Source: a virus (taxonomy: Duplodnaviria; Caudoviricetes). Taken from it: a stretch of 29,868 bases of DNA. The position numbers and the translations under genes were made by a program. The stretch covers positions 1 to 29,868 of IMG/VR virus record IMGVR_UViG_3300020044_001227; one strand, given 5' to 3'. Position 1 is the first letter of the stretch, and each line of letters opens with the position of its first letter. This document shows positions 17,637 to 25,575 of the stretch, piece by piece. The notes beneath the pieces are model-generated. The model had not been told where the DNA came from, did not search any database, and worked only from the letters and a program-made list of their open reading frames with translations.

Positions 17637-17891
17637 TCAGCACTTCCATCGCGCCAGTGACGCGGCTTTACGAGTGGGCTTGCCCTTCTCGTCTTTCATT
17701 GGACCGGGCATACCACTCATGCGTGCGCAGAACGAGTCCTTGCGAGGGCCACCTTGGGGCTGTGGAGCCTTCAGGTTACTGCCCGTTGCTGCGTTGTATT
17801 TGGCACGGCCTTTGGCAGTCAACCCCGCCCCCTTGGAGACGGGGAGTTTTTCGCCACGACCTACCGCAAGGGAAGGAGTCTTCTTTGCCAT
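17637..17891 (-). CDS. Small basic phage protein
   Basis: Start reassigned to MAKKTPSL (ATG 17891). 84 aa, GLTAKGRAKYN...RKDSFCARM...LARWKC. Confidence 0.75.
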   Translation of the reverse strand: MAKKTPSLAVGRGEKLPVSKGAGLTAKGRAKYNAATGSNLKAPQPQGGPRKDSFCARMSGMPGPMKDEKGKPTRKAASLARWKC

Positions 17892-17892
17892 A

Positions 17893-20520
17893 TTAAGCCT
17901 GCGCCTCTTCCCAACCCAAGCGTGCCACGATAGTGGAGCTTGTGGCTGACAACGGAATGGCCACAACATACAAAATGTCAGGGCCATCGGGGTAGAAGCC
18001 AGATTGCGTAGTGGGCACCGCGTTGGTAGTTCCGCCGCCCAAGATCGAGTTGCCCAGATCGCGCACGGCAGCCAAATCCAGTCGAGTCACGCCTGTTGGG
18101 TTGGTGTACCCGGCAAACACCGACTCGCCACCAGTCACGGTAATTGCGTTGGTGTTCAGCGCAATCTGCGCCAGCGACGAAGTGATGCCACCTGCTTGCT
18201 GCACAGGGGAAACAAATTGCCCCGAAAACGCGCCAGACGCAAAGCCGTTCAGCACGAGGTTGATCAGGTAACCCGTGCCGGTGGTGTACAGGCCCAGCGA
18301 CTCCAGCTTCAACTGCATACGGTTGATGATCTCTCGCGCACCAAACACGCCTGTGGTGTTGTTGTCCACGGACGGCGACACGCGAATAGCCATCAGCACA
18401 CGGGGTGTCGTGGCAGTCGTTGTGACGGGGGCCGTCATGCCGTAGTTAAACACCAGCGACTTGTCGTTGTCAAAGCCGCCGTCCATGATGACCGACGAGC
18501 CCCAATGAGACAGCGACGCCAGCGTGTCGGGTGATGCAAACTCCACCATAACTGGAGCGGTTGCCGAAAAGGTAAACGTCTGCGCTGACGCCTGCCCACC
18601 CACCTGTGCGCGGGAAGAAACCACGAACGAAGTGGCTGTTCTGGACGAATAGGCAATGTGCTCAACGGTGCCGGTAGAGCCCGGATTGCTGACGCGAATA
18701 ACGCCACTTGGAGCAAAACCTGCCGTAGAGTTGACGTTGATGATCGTCCCCGCTGCGCCAGTGCCCAAGGTGCTGGTCAGGTACGTTGTCGCGCTGATGC
18801 CGTTCGACTCGTAGTGCGAGGCCATGTTGCCCGAGCGCATGTAAGCCTCGTACCGCTCGTTGTTGTTTGTGATCTGATGCACGTAGGTAACTTGGCCTTT
18901 GGTGGTACGCAAGCCAAATCGCGCAAACCCCGCGCCGTACCACGAGTAGTCGATGTACCACATCTGCATACGGGTCAGGTCAATGTTGTACCCGGATGGG
19001 CCAGTGCCATTCAAAGGGTCGGCCCACTGCGACTGAGGGATTCGGACATCCTCAGTCTTGGACATGATTGTCCCAACAATCGACACGCCCCGGTACTCTG
19101 GCGTGACTTCCAAAGCTGTGTCCGACGTGATTGTCAATACTCGATAGGACTGACCGCGAATCACAACAAAGTCGCCGGGTTTAAGTTGGGTGCTGAACTG
19201 GGTCCCAGTACCAGTAATTGCCGTCTGGCCGCTTGTGGCATTGACAACACCACCCAACTGCAACACGCTGTTGCGCCATACAGCGAACAGCGTTTGCCCG
19301 TCGTATTCAAAAAACAGGCCGTTCTGCTGGTCAAAGAACCCAAGTCGGTTGGACGATCCGTACCACGATACTGGGGAAACCCGAATAGGGAACCCAGTGG
19401 CTGTCAGCGCAGGAGGGGTTGCCGACATTGTGTAGGTCAGCGTAGTTGGCGTCGGTACGCTGGCCACGACAAAGGTGCCGTTATACGGACCCTGCTCGCA
19501 GTTGGTCACCCGGATTGACGCACCGATGGCCATATTGTGGTTGTACCGTGTTGTCACAGTAGCCGTGGTGCCAACGGCTGTGATGCTCGTGACGAACAGC
19601 GGCGGGTTCAGGGACGAGCCCGTGGAGAACTGGATGCCCTTGCCGGACTGGTACCGGAAGTAGCGTCGGGTTTGGCGGATCATCTGCGAATTTGGCACCG
19701 CAGCGCCAGCAGAGAACGCAACACCGCCATCAAACGGACGGGATTCGACAATGCCTGCGGGTCGCGCAAACAGGGTCGTGTTGTTCGCTACGTTCACGAT
19801 TGTGCCCGTAGGGGCATTGACAACCTCAAACGTAAATGTGTTGGCGGTGGGTGTGGTGGCCACAACCCATGCGCCGTTGGGGGCGTTTGTGGTTGCCGTC
19901 AGGCCAACCACGTAAATCAAAGAGCCTGCGGACAAACCGTGTGCGCTTGCTGTTGTGCATGTCACGGTTGTGCCGGTATTCGTGAACGCACCCGTTGAGC
20001 TCAGGCGAATGCCGCAGTTGGAGTACAAGTACCCAAGATATACGAACGTGCGCTCTGTGTTGAACTGGTTGCCCGCTGCGACGTTGGCCTGCGCGGTATA
20101 GGTCACCGATACGTTGGCACTCACGGCGTCAACGTAATACCAGCCGTTGGCATTAGAGTCGTTGGCGTTCTGCACAAAAATGGGAACCCCGACGGAAAAG
20201 CCGCTGGTGTCCGCCATGCTCACCACAACCGTGCGGGTGCCCGCACCGGTAACCGCCGTCACTACACGGGCCGCTTGGGGGATGTAGTAGAGACTCTGGC
20301 GGTTGTTGGACAGGCCAATAGACTCCCACTTGGTCGGCTGCTGGCCGTATTCAAAGTCCGTGTCGATCAACGATGTAGGCTGCGAAACACGCATCTTGCC
20401 CACAGGGTCCTGCGCGTTTGGCGAGGGGTTGATGTACGGGGCCACGGCCCCGGATGAGTTGACGCCCGTGATGGGCAGCGATTTGTTTGAGTTCGCGTCT
20501 ACTACGGTCCATCCAGACAT
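17893..20520 (-). CDS. Large beta-rich virion protein with repeated beta-barrel inserts
   Basis: 875 aa with AAGGAG RBS. Three related ~60-aa units (T-V-T...H-G/N...G...I-x-V...NG-x-W/F-x-V...T-F/L-T-Y) interleaved with a core (QTRRYFRYQSGKG, IDYSWYGAG). Confidence 0.65.
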   Translation of the reverse strand: MSGWTVVDANSNKSLPITGVNSSGAVAPYINPSPNAQDPVGKMRVSQPTSLIDTDFEYGQQPTKWESIGLSNNRQSLYYIPQAARVVTAVTGAGTRTVVVSMADTSGFSVGVPIFVQNANDSNANGWYYVDAVSANVSVTYTAQANVAAGNQFNTERTFVYLGYLYSNCGIRLSSTGAFTNTGTTVTCTTASAHGLSAGSLIYVVGLTATTNAPNGAWVVATTPTANTFTFEVVNAPTGTIVNVANNTTLFARPAGIVESRPFDGGVAFSAGAAVPNSQMIRQTRRYFRYQSGKGIQFSTGSSLNPPLFVTSITAVGTTATVTTRYNHNMAIGASIRVTNCEQGPYNGTFVVASVPTPTTLTYTMSATPPALTATGFPIRVSPVSWYGSSNRLGFFDQQNGLFFEYDGQTLFAVWRNSVLQLGGVVNATSGQTAITGTGTQFSTQLKPGDFVVIRGQSYRVLTITSDTALEVTPEYRGVSIVGTIMSKTEDVRIPQSQWADPLNGTGPSGYNIDLTRMQMWYIDYSWYGAGFARFGLRTTKGQVTYVHQITNNNERYEAYMRSGNMASHYESNGISATTYLTSTLGTGAAGTIINVNSTAGFAPSGVIRVSNPGSTGTVEHIAYSSRTATSFVVSSRAQVGGQASAQTFTFSATAPVMVEFASPDTLASLSHWGSSVIMDGGFDNDKSLVFNYGMTAPVTTTATTPRVLMAIRVSPSVDNNTTGVFGAREIINRMQLKLESLGLYTTGTGYLINLVLNGFASGAFSGQFVSPVQQAGGITSSLAQIALNTNAITVTGGESVFAGYTNPTGVTRLDLAAVRDLGNSILGGGTTNAVPTTQSGFYPDGPDILYVVAIPLSATSSTIVARLGWEEAQA

Positions 20521-20530
20521 GACAGCTCCT

Positions 20531-20560
20531 TAAATTACAAGAAGGGGGCCGAAGCCCCCG
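20531..20560 (-). terminator. Rho-independent terminator with cUUCGg loop
   Basis: Minus strand GGGGGC-TTCG-GCCCCC-TTCTTGTAATTT. The U-tract is imperfect, so it is probably leaky. Confidence 0.7.
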
Positions 20561-20576
20561 CCATTGATCAGCTTGA

Positions 20577-21272
20577 TCAGTCGAAGTTGCCGAACGGATA
20601 AGCAGTCGTAGTGCCGATGTTGCCGTCTTTTTGGATGTACCGAACAAAGAACGAGAACGCGCCTGTCAAAGAAGTCCTCGTGTCCAAACCCGTGCCAACG
20701 ATGGCCAGAGTAATCACAACTTGCGACAGGTTTGGCTGGCCGTTAGGCTGGAGGATGTCCGTCGATGTGCTTGACTGGTTGGTGATCTGCGCTGCAGTGA
20801 ACGTGGACAACGCTTGACGACCCACGGCGCTGATGGCACCGGTCGCAAAATAAGTTGGCGTGCCACCGGCCACCGTGAAGCTGTTGGAAACAAGAGCGGT
20901 GACGGAGCTCAATGATGCCGAGCCACCGGCCACGGCCACAACAGTTTGGCAGTCAATGTTGACGCCGTCCAAGTCGCAGCCAGCTGGCAAATAAGCAATC
21001 ACGCCACGGTACACGTTGGTGGCCGTATCTGCGGGGATGGTTACGGGCGCATAGGTCGATGTGCCGGGGGTATAAACAACAGCAGGGGCATTCGGGATGC
21101 CGTTGCCGTTCACAAAAACACCAGAACTGCCACCATAACCTGCGGTGTTGGCGGTTGTGGTAGCCAAGTTAATGTCAACGTGCTGAGCCAGCATTGCGTA
21201 GCCTACGTTACGCAGGGGGCCAAAGCGGCTGTCGCCAGAAAGAACTGGACCATCAAAAGTTGCGCGTCCCAT
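20577..21272 (-). CDS. Putative capsid decoration/structural protein
   Basis: 231 aa, MGRATFDGPVLSG N-terminus and beta-rich body. AAGGAG RBS, with its own promoter and terminator. Confidence 0.6.
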   Translation of the reverse strand: MGRATFDGPVLSGDSRFGPLRNVGYAMLAQHVDINLATTTANTAGYGGSSGVFVNGNGIPNAPAVVYTPGTSTYAPVTIPADTATNVYRGVIAYLPAGCDLDGVNIDCQTVVAVAGGSASLSSVTALVSNSFTVAGGTPTYFATGAISAVGRQALSTFTAAQITNQSSTSTDILQPNGQPNLSQVVITLAIVGTGLDTRTSLTGAFSFFVRYIQKDGNIGTTTAYPFGNFD

Positions 21273-21279
21273 GTTGGAA

Positions 21280-21355
21280 CTCCTTATGCAAAAGATGCCT
21301 TACCAATCGTTGCATCGTCTGCTGGGGCAGTGGCGGTAAGACGGATCACCCAGAT
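21280..21355 (-). ncRNA. Candidate structured cis-regulatory 5' leader RNA
   Basis: Three interlocking complementary pairs lie between a promoter and the SD: CUGGG/CCCAG, GUCUUACCG/UGGUAAGGC and AUGCAA/UUGCAU. Confidence 0.55.
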
Positions 21356-21360
21356 GTCTC

Positions 21361-21389
21361 AATATACCCCACCGCTTAGGTGGGGTCAA
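21361..21389 (-). promoter_or_regulatory. Sigma70-type promoter with 8-bp inverted repeat across the spacer
   Basis: TTGACC-N17-TATATT, containing ACCCCACC-TAAGC-GGTGGGGT. A-tract upstream of the -35. Confidence 0.7.
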
Positions 21390-22188
21390 CTTTTTTCTGG
21401 CGAGCTGCCAGCATCTTTTCTCTGCCTTCTGGAGTTGCCCACTCTTCCAGCATTTGCGCTTTTTTTGACCGCGCCCGTTGCTCAGCGCCGCACTCGGGGC
21501 ACCCCGCTCCTTTTCTGAAACGGGCGGCGTACTGAGAGAACGTGCCATGCTGTTCACAGAACACCCCCTCAATCCTAACCAGTGCACCGGTATAGACGGC
21601 GGTGGCAAAGTCGTACTTGGCCTGAACATCAGCAGGGAACTTGGCATAGACCGCTTCAAAGTCGGCGGGCACCTGCGGCTTGGCGTTGCGCTTCATGTTT
21701 TCTTGAGCCCGCTCCAGCCCTTCGGGGGTGAAGGTGCGTGGGCCTTTTGAAACACCGCGTTGGGCTGCGCCTATTTTCTCCCGGACTTCAGCTGAAACTT
21801 CTTGCCCGTAACGGTAATGCTCTGTGCCTGCGTGCTTGCCTTTTCTATTTGTGCTTACCTTATCTTTACTTGTTTGCGTATGGGGGATTCCTGTGCGCAT
21901 ACCAATAGCATCCGTGTTGACGTTGTAGCACTCTGGCTTCCCAACATGCACATGTAAATACCCATTCTCGCAATCAAAAACAGACACGCCCTCTGGCACA
22001 GTTTCCAGCACTTCAAACACAAACGCCTCGGCACCGTACTTGTTCCACGCGGCTTGTAGACGGGGGTTCTTGTGCGCGTTGCGTTTCAGGTCGTACTTGT
22101 GCTGCCATTCCCGACGAGCAAAAGACTCTGCACTGCCTATGTAGTATTTGCCGTTGACCATGTTGGTGATTTGGTAGATGACTGCCAT
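21376..22188 (-). CDS. Free-standing GIY-YIG homing endonuclease
   Basis: Start reassigned to ATG 22188 (GGAG RBS), 270 aa. VIYQITNMVNGKYYIGSA, catalytic R (ARREWQH), E (DCE) and YN. NUMOD3-like segments (HTQTSKDKVS, SAEVREKIG) and a C-terminal C-x2-H...C-x2-C zinc module. Confidence 0.9.
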   Translation of the reverse strand: MAVIYQITNMVNGKYYIGSAESFARREWQHKYDLKRNAHKNPRLQAAWNKYGAEAFVFEVLETVPEGVSVFDCENGYLHVHVGKPECYNVNTDAIGMRTGIPHTQTSKDKVSTNRKGKHAGTEHYRYGQEVSAEVREKIGAAQRGVSKGPRTFTPEGLERAQENMKRNAKPQVPADFEAVYAKFPADVQAKYDFATAVYTGALVRIEGVFCEQHGTFSQYAARFRKGAGCPECGAEQRARSKKAQMLEEWATPEGREKMLAARQKKVDPT

Positions 22189-22220
22189 TCGTATCTCCGG
22201 TATAAAGCTAGAAAGCCTGT

Positions 22221-22248
22221 AGTATACAGTACGTGTGATACAAGTCAA
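22221..22248 (-). promoter_or_regulatory. Sigma70-type promoter for the endonuclease
   Basis: TTGACT-N16-TATACT, just downstream of the capsid terminator and 32 bp upstream of the start. Confidence 0.65.
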
Positions 22249-22253
22249 CAGCC

Positions 22254-22284
22254 AAAGAAAAAGGGACCCGAAGGTCCCTTTTTT
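22254..22284 (-). terminator. Rho-independent terminator after the major capsid gene (potentially bidirectional)
   Basis: Minus strand AAAAAAGGGACC-TTCG-GGTCCCTTTTTCTTT. Confidence 0.88.
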
Positions 22285-22303
22285 GCTACTTTGGTTTCTT
22301 TTA

Positions 22304-23215
22304 TCAGAAGGAACCGCTAGAGCCAAAGACGCCCAATGGATCAGACCAGCCGAACGAATAACGCTCGCGGGCCTTGTAACGCACGTTACCGGTGTCGAAG
22401 TCTCCATCCATGCTGTTTTGCAGCGGAGTACGGATAAAGTGCTTCATACCGTTAGGCACGTCAGTAGTCAAGAACCAAGCGTTGTTGTCGGTCAAGAAGT
22501 GGTTGATGGTGTAACCGTCAGGCACAGCACCGTTGTTCTTGATCGCGTTGATGTCGTTGTTGTTAGTACCGACGCGGAGTTCGGTTTCCAACAGACGAGT
22601 AGCAACGAATTGCAGGCTTGGAGGCACGATCAGCTTCTTAGGCTTAGCGGCGATCAGCAAACCACGCTCATCAGTCCAAGCGGCGATCTGGATAACGGCG
22701 GCTTCCAAGGAAGTCTCGTTCAGGTCAGCTTGGGTGGTGGGGGTGTTGCTGTTGCGCTCGCCGTTGACCAGAGGGTGGGCAGTGCTGAACAGAGCAACGC
22801 CGTCACCACCGGGGTAGGCAGCGGAGAAGCCGTTGTTCAGGACGGAAGCCGCCTTGACCTGCTTGGTGTACGCCATGGCACGAGCCAAACCCTTGGTGTA
22901 ACGAGCAGACAAGCTGTCGTACAAGTTGTCTTCGATCGCTTCTTCAGTGATCGAGAAACCCAAGGCAATGGTTTCGTGGTTGTAGCGGGTAGTCCATGCT
23001 TCTTGAGCATTGTCATAGGAGATGGCGGAGCCTTCAGCCTTGACAGGAGCTGCAGAGAAGCCAGACAGCTTGGTCTCTTCTTCGAAAGAACGCTCGGAAG
23101 TCTCGGTTTCGTAGATTTCCTTGTGCTCTTCGCCGTAGCGGGCGTATTCCAGACCGAACAAAGCGTTCAGACCGGGGAGCAGCTCTTTGAGCAGTTGTGC
23201 GCGTGAAATAGCCAT
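22304..23215 (-). CDS. Major capsid protein (HK97 fold, Mu gpT-like family)
   Basis: 303 aa, MAISRAQLLKELLPGLNALFG...SFEEE...KLIVPPSL...YKARERYSFGWSD. Strong RBS, double stop and strong terminator. Confidence 0.85.
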   Translation of the reverse strand: MAISRAQLLKELLPGLNALFGLEYARYGEEHKEIYETETSERSFEEETKLSGFSAAPVKAEGSAISYDNAQEAWTTRYNHETIALGFSITEEAIEDNLYDSLSARYTKGLARAMAYTKQVKAASVLNNGFSAAYPGGDGVALFSTAHPLVNGERNSNTPTTQADLNETSLEAAVIQIAAWTDERGLLIAAKPKKLIVPPSLQFVATRLLETELRVGTNNNDINAIKNNGAVPDGYTINHFLTDNNAWFLTTDVPNGMKHFIRTPLQNSMDGDFDTGNVRYKARERYSFGWSDPLGVFGSSGSF

Positions 23216-23231
23216 GGTGAGTTACTCCTTA

Positions 23232-24083
23232 TTAGGCGGTTGCAGAGCTGTAGTAGCCATGCACCAACAGGTTCATCTTCACCAGAATTTCTGGATACTG
23301 CGTGAACGTGATTGTGGACGCTGCCGGGATGTTCGCGCCCGAACCGAGAACGGTTGGCTGAGCGTTGAGGGTCACCGAGGTGGCACCAGCAACAGCTGCG
23401 GCAGTCACAAACGAACCAGTGTTGATCAACTGACCGTTGGCGGCAACGTAGCCTACGCTAGTACCGATAGGGATTGCAGCGGGGAGGCCAGTACCGGTCA
23501 AGGTAATGGTGGTGGCGCTGGAACTACCCAGTGCAGACACGGTGATGGCGGTATCAGGCACAACACCAACGCAACGAACCGGCAGGATCGTAGAGACGGG
23601 AGTGGCTGTAGGAGCCAACACAGCGTTTGCAGAGTTGCCGGTGCTCAGGCTGGAGGCCACAGCGCCGTTGTCAATCATCGACAGGTTGGTGCCGACCATT
23701 GCCAAGCTGCCAGAAGCCACAACGGTTGTTGCGGAGCAAACCACAGCTTTGAACACGGTGTCGGGATCGTCGCACACAACAGCTTCAGCATCACCAGCCA
23801 AAGTGCTGGCGGGCCAGAACTGCTGGAATTGCTTCTGCTTGGTGATTGGGTTGGTGAAGGTCACGCCCAAGAAAATGCCCGTCACTTGGTTAGCGGCGGT
23901 GCCAGTGGAAACGGCTGCGCGGGTGATGAAACCACGCGACAACACCACGAAGTCACCGTAGAAGATGTTCGTGTTGTAGCCGTATTGAATTGGCAAGTTG
24001 CGAGTGGAACCCGCAAAAACTTGCCCACCGATCAGGTTGATCGGCTTCAGGCCGTAAGGCGCTGCGATCAGGGGATAAGCCAT
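23232..24083 (-). CDS. Capsid-associated (cement/decoration-like) protein
   Basis: 283 aa, APYGLKP...IFYGDFV...GIFLGV...DDPDTVF. Immediately upstream of the MCP, AAGGAG RBS. Confidence 0.6.
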   Translation of the reverse strand: MAYPLIAAPYGLKPINLIGGQVFAGSTRNLPIQYGYNTNIFYGDFVVLSRGFITRAAVSTGTAANQVTGIFLGVTFTNPITKQKQFQQFWPASTLAGDAEAVVCDDPDTVFKAVVCSATTVVASGSLAMVGTNLSMIDNGAVASSLSTGNSANAVLAPTATPVSTILPVRCVGVVPDTAITVSALGSSSATTITLTGTGLPAAIPIGTSVGYVAANGQLINTGSFVTAAAVAGATSVTLNAQPTVLGSGANIPAASTITFTQYPEILVKMNLLVHGYYSSATA

Positions 24084-24094
24084 TTAAGACTCCT

Positions 24095-24574
24095 TTATTT
24101 AGAACCAGAACCGAAAGTGACCTTGGTGCTTTTTTCCGAAAATTTCTGCATCCGAGGATCACTCTCACGAAGGAAAGCGTTGTCCACTGAATCCATCTGG
24201 GCCTTATTCTGCGCGGAGTAGTAAGCTTCGCGCTGTTTAAGAAACTCTGAAGGGATGCGGCAGAGCAACAGTCCACCCACTTCAATGCCACCTTTAAAGC
24301 GGCCTTCAGTGGTAGCGTGCATCATGAGCTCGGGATATTCGTCCGCTTTCACGGGTTCGTACCCTTCGCGAAACTTACTAGAGATATTGCTGGCGTCAGC
24401 TTGCCCCATCATGCTGATTCGGACATAACGATGCGTCCAGCCCGGACGTTCGTCGGGCATTGGCAAAGTCTCGGGTGCACGCCACGCTTTGGGACGTTGA
24501 AACGTCACTTCACGGGAGTCCAGCTCACGAGTCATCCGATTTTGCGGTTTGGTTTGAACTTCAGTCATTTTCAT
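24095..24574 (-). CDS. Hypothetical head-module protein
   Basis: 159 aa (start at 24574 or 24568), GWTHRYVR...REGYEPV...VGGLLLCRIP. Confidence 0.75.
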   Translation of the reverse strand: MKMTEVQTKPQNRMTRELDSREVTFQRPKAWRAPETLPMPDERPGWTHRYVRISMMGQADASNISSKFREGYEPVKADEYPELMMHATTEGRFKGGIEVGGLLLCRIPSEFLKQREAYYSAQNKAQMDSVDNAFLRESDPRMQKFSEKSTKVTFGSGSK

Positions 24575-25566
24575 TCACCTCTATTAAGCATAGCAACCTG
24601 TTTGGCGTAAAGGTCCAAAGGAACCCCAAGACGGCGAGCAATCGCTGCTTCGGATGCCTTCAGTCGCATACGACTAGGTGGAGTGCTGCGTGAAGCCGGA
24701 GCTACAACGGCAGCAGGTTTTGTTGCACGGCGTGGAGGTTCATCCTCGTAAGCCGGTTCTGACCTCTTTCGTTGAGGCGGGTCATTATCTTCCTCATCGC
24801 TCCGCTCACTTTCAAAGTGCTCGGGAAAACGCTTGCGCATAGTGCGGTCGATAGTTTTGAAGTACTCCTCACTACCAACGTAGTCAGAACCATACTCGCG
24901 CTGCAACTTCTTGTCAATACCCATTGCAGTCATAGTCATTTCTTCGTCCTGACCCCACCAATCCTTATTGGCATCAACCCAACGCTGCGTGCGTGGGCTA
25001 ACTTTGGCGGGTTCTGCTGCGGGTGCGGCAGTTTTGTATTCCTTCTCTTCAACCTCAATCGGCTTCATGGTAGTAGCACGATCGAGCTTCAAAGTAGCTT
25101 GTGCAACATCCGCTTGTGCGTCGGCCAATGCGTCGGAATCACCCGAGTCATAAGCTTCCTTGAACCGGCGCTTAGCTGCTTGCAACTCAGTTTCGGCGGC
25201 AGATTTGGAGGTCTCGATGAACTGCTTGCTTCCGCTGGACAACTGCTGCTGGAGTTTTTTGTTCTCCTCGAACACCTGACGGGCGAAAGTTTCAGCGGCC
25301 TCGCGCTCGCGCAGGGCTTCTTCTTTGGCACGGCGCTCGTCGTGGTAGCCACGAGTGAACTTCTTAATGCGAGCCTGAACCTTCTCGTCATACGAGGCAA
25401 GTTCATCCTCAGTGGGGTCTTCCACTGGCTCTTTCATGGGTTTGCGACCACGATCTGCGGGGGGCGTATCGTCTTCAATCTCGATGTCGAGACTGTCGTC
25501 GGTGGTCTTTGCGCCTTTGGCTTCCTTCTCGTCAGGAAACTCAAAATCTTCACCAAATTTAGCCAT
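24571..25566 (-). CDS. Putative capsid scaffolding protein
   Basis: 331 aa. Acidic N-terminus, long coiled coil and C-terminal helix-turn-helix (AIARRLGVPLDLYAKQ). Lies between portal and capsid genes. Confidence 0.7.
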   Translation of the reverse strand: MAKFGEDFEFPDEKEAKGAKTTDDSLDIEIEDDTPPADRGRKPMKEPVEDPTEDELASYDEKVQARIKKFTRGYHDERRAKEEALREREAAETFARQVFEENKKLQQQLSSGSKQFIETSKSAAETELQAAKRRFKEAYDSGDSDALADAQADVAQATLKLDRATTMKPIEVEEKEYKTAAPAAEPAKVSPRTQRWVDANKDWWGQDEEMTMTAMGIDKKLQREYGSDYVGSEEYFKTIDRTMRKRFPEHFESERSDEEDNDPPQRKRSEPAYEDEPPRRATKPAAVVAPASRSTPPSRMRLKASEAAIARRLGVPLDLYAKQVAMLNRGE

Positions 25567-25575
25567 GCTTACTCC

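Noticed and set aside
21273-22303. Group I intron housing the endonuclease
   Set aside because: Both flanking genes are intact with their own start and stop, and the flanks are too short and are accounted for by terminator, promoters and leader.
22189-22407. 73-codon open extension of the GIY-YIG frame into the MCP 3' end (possible frameshift fusion)
   Set aside because: It crosses a strong terminator, no clear slippery site is visible, and the gene has its own promoter, RBS and ATG at 22188.
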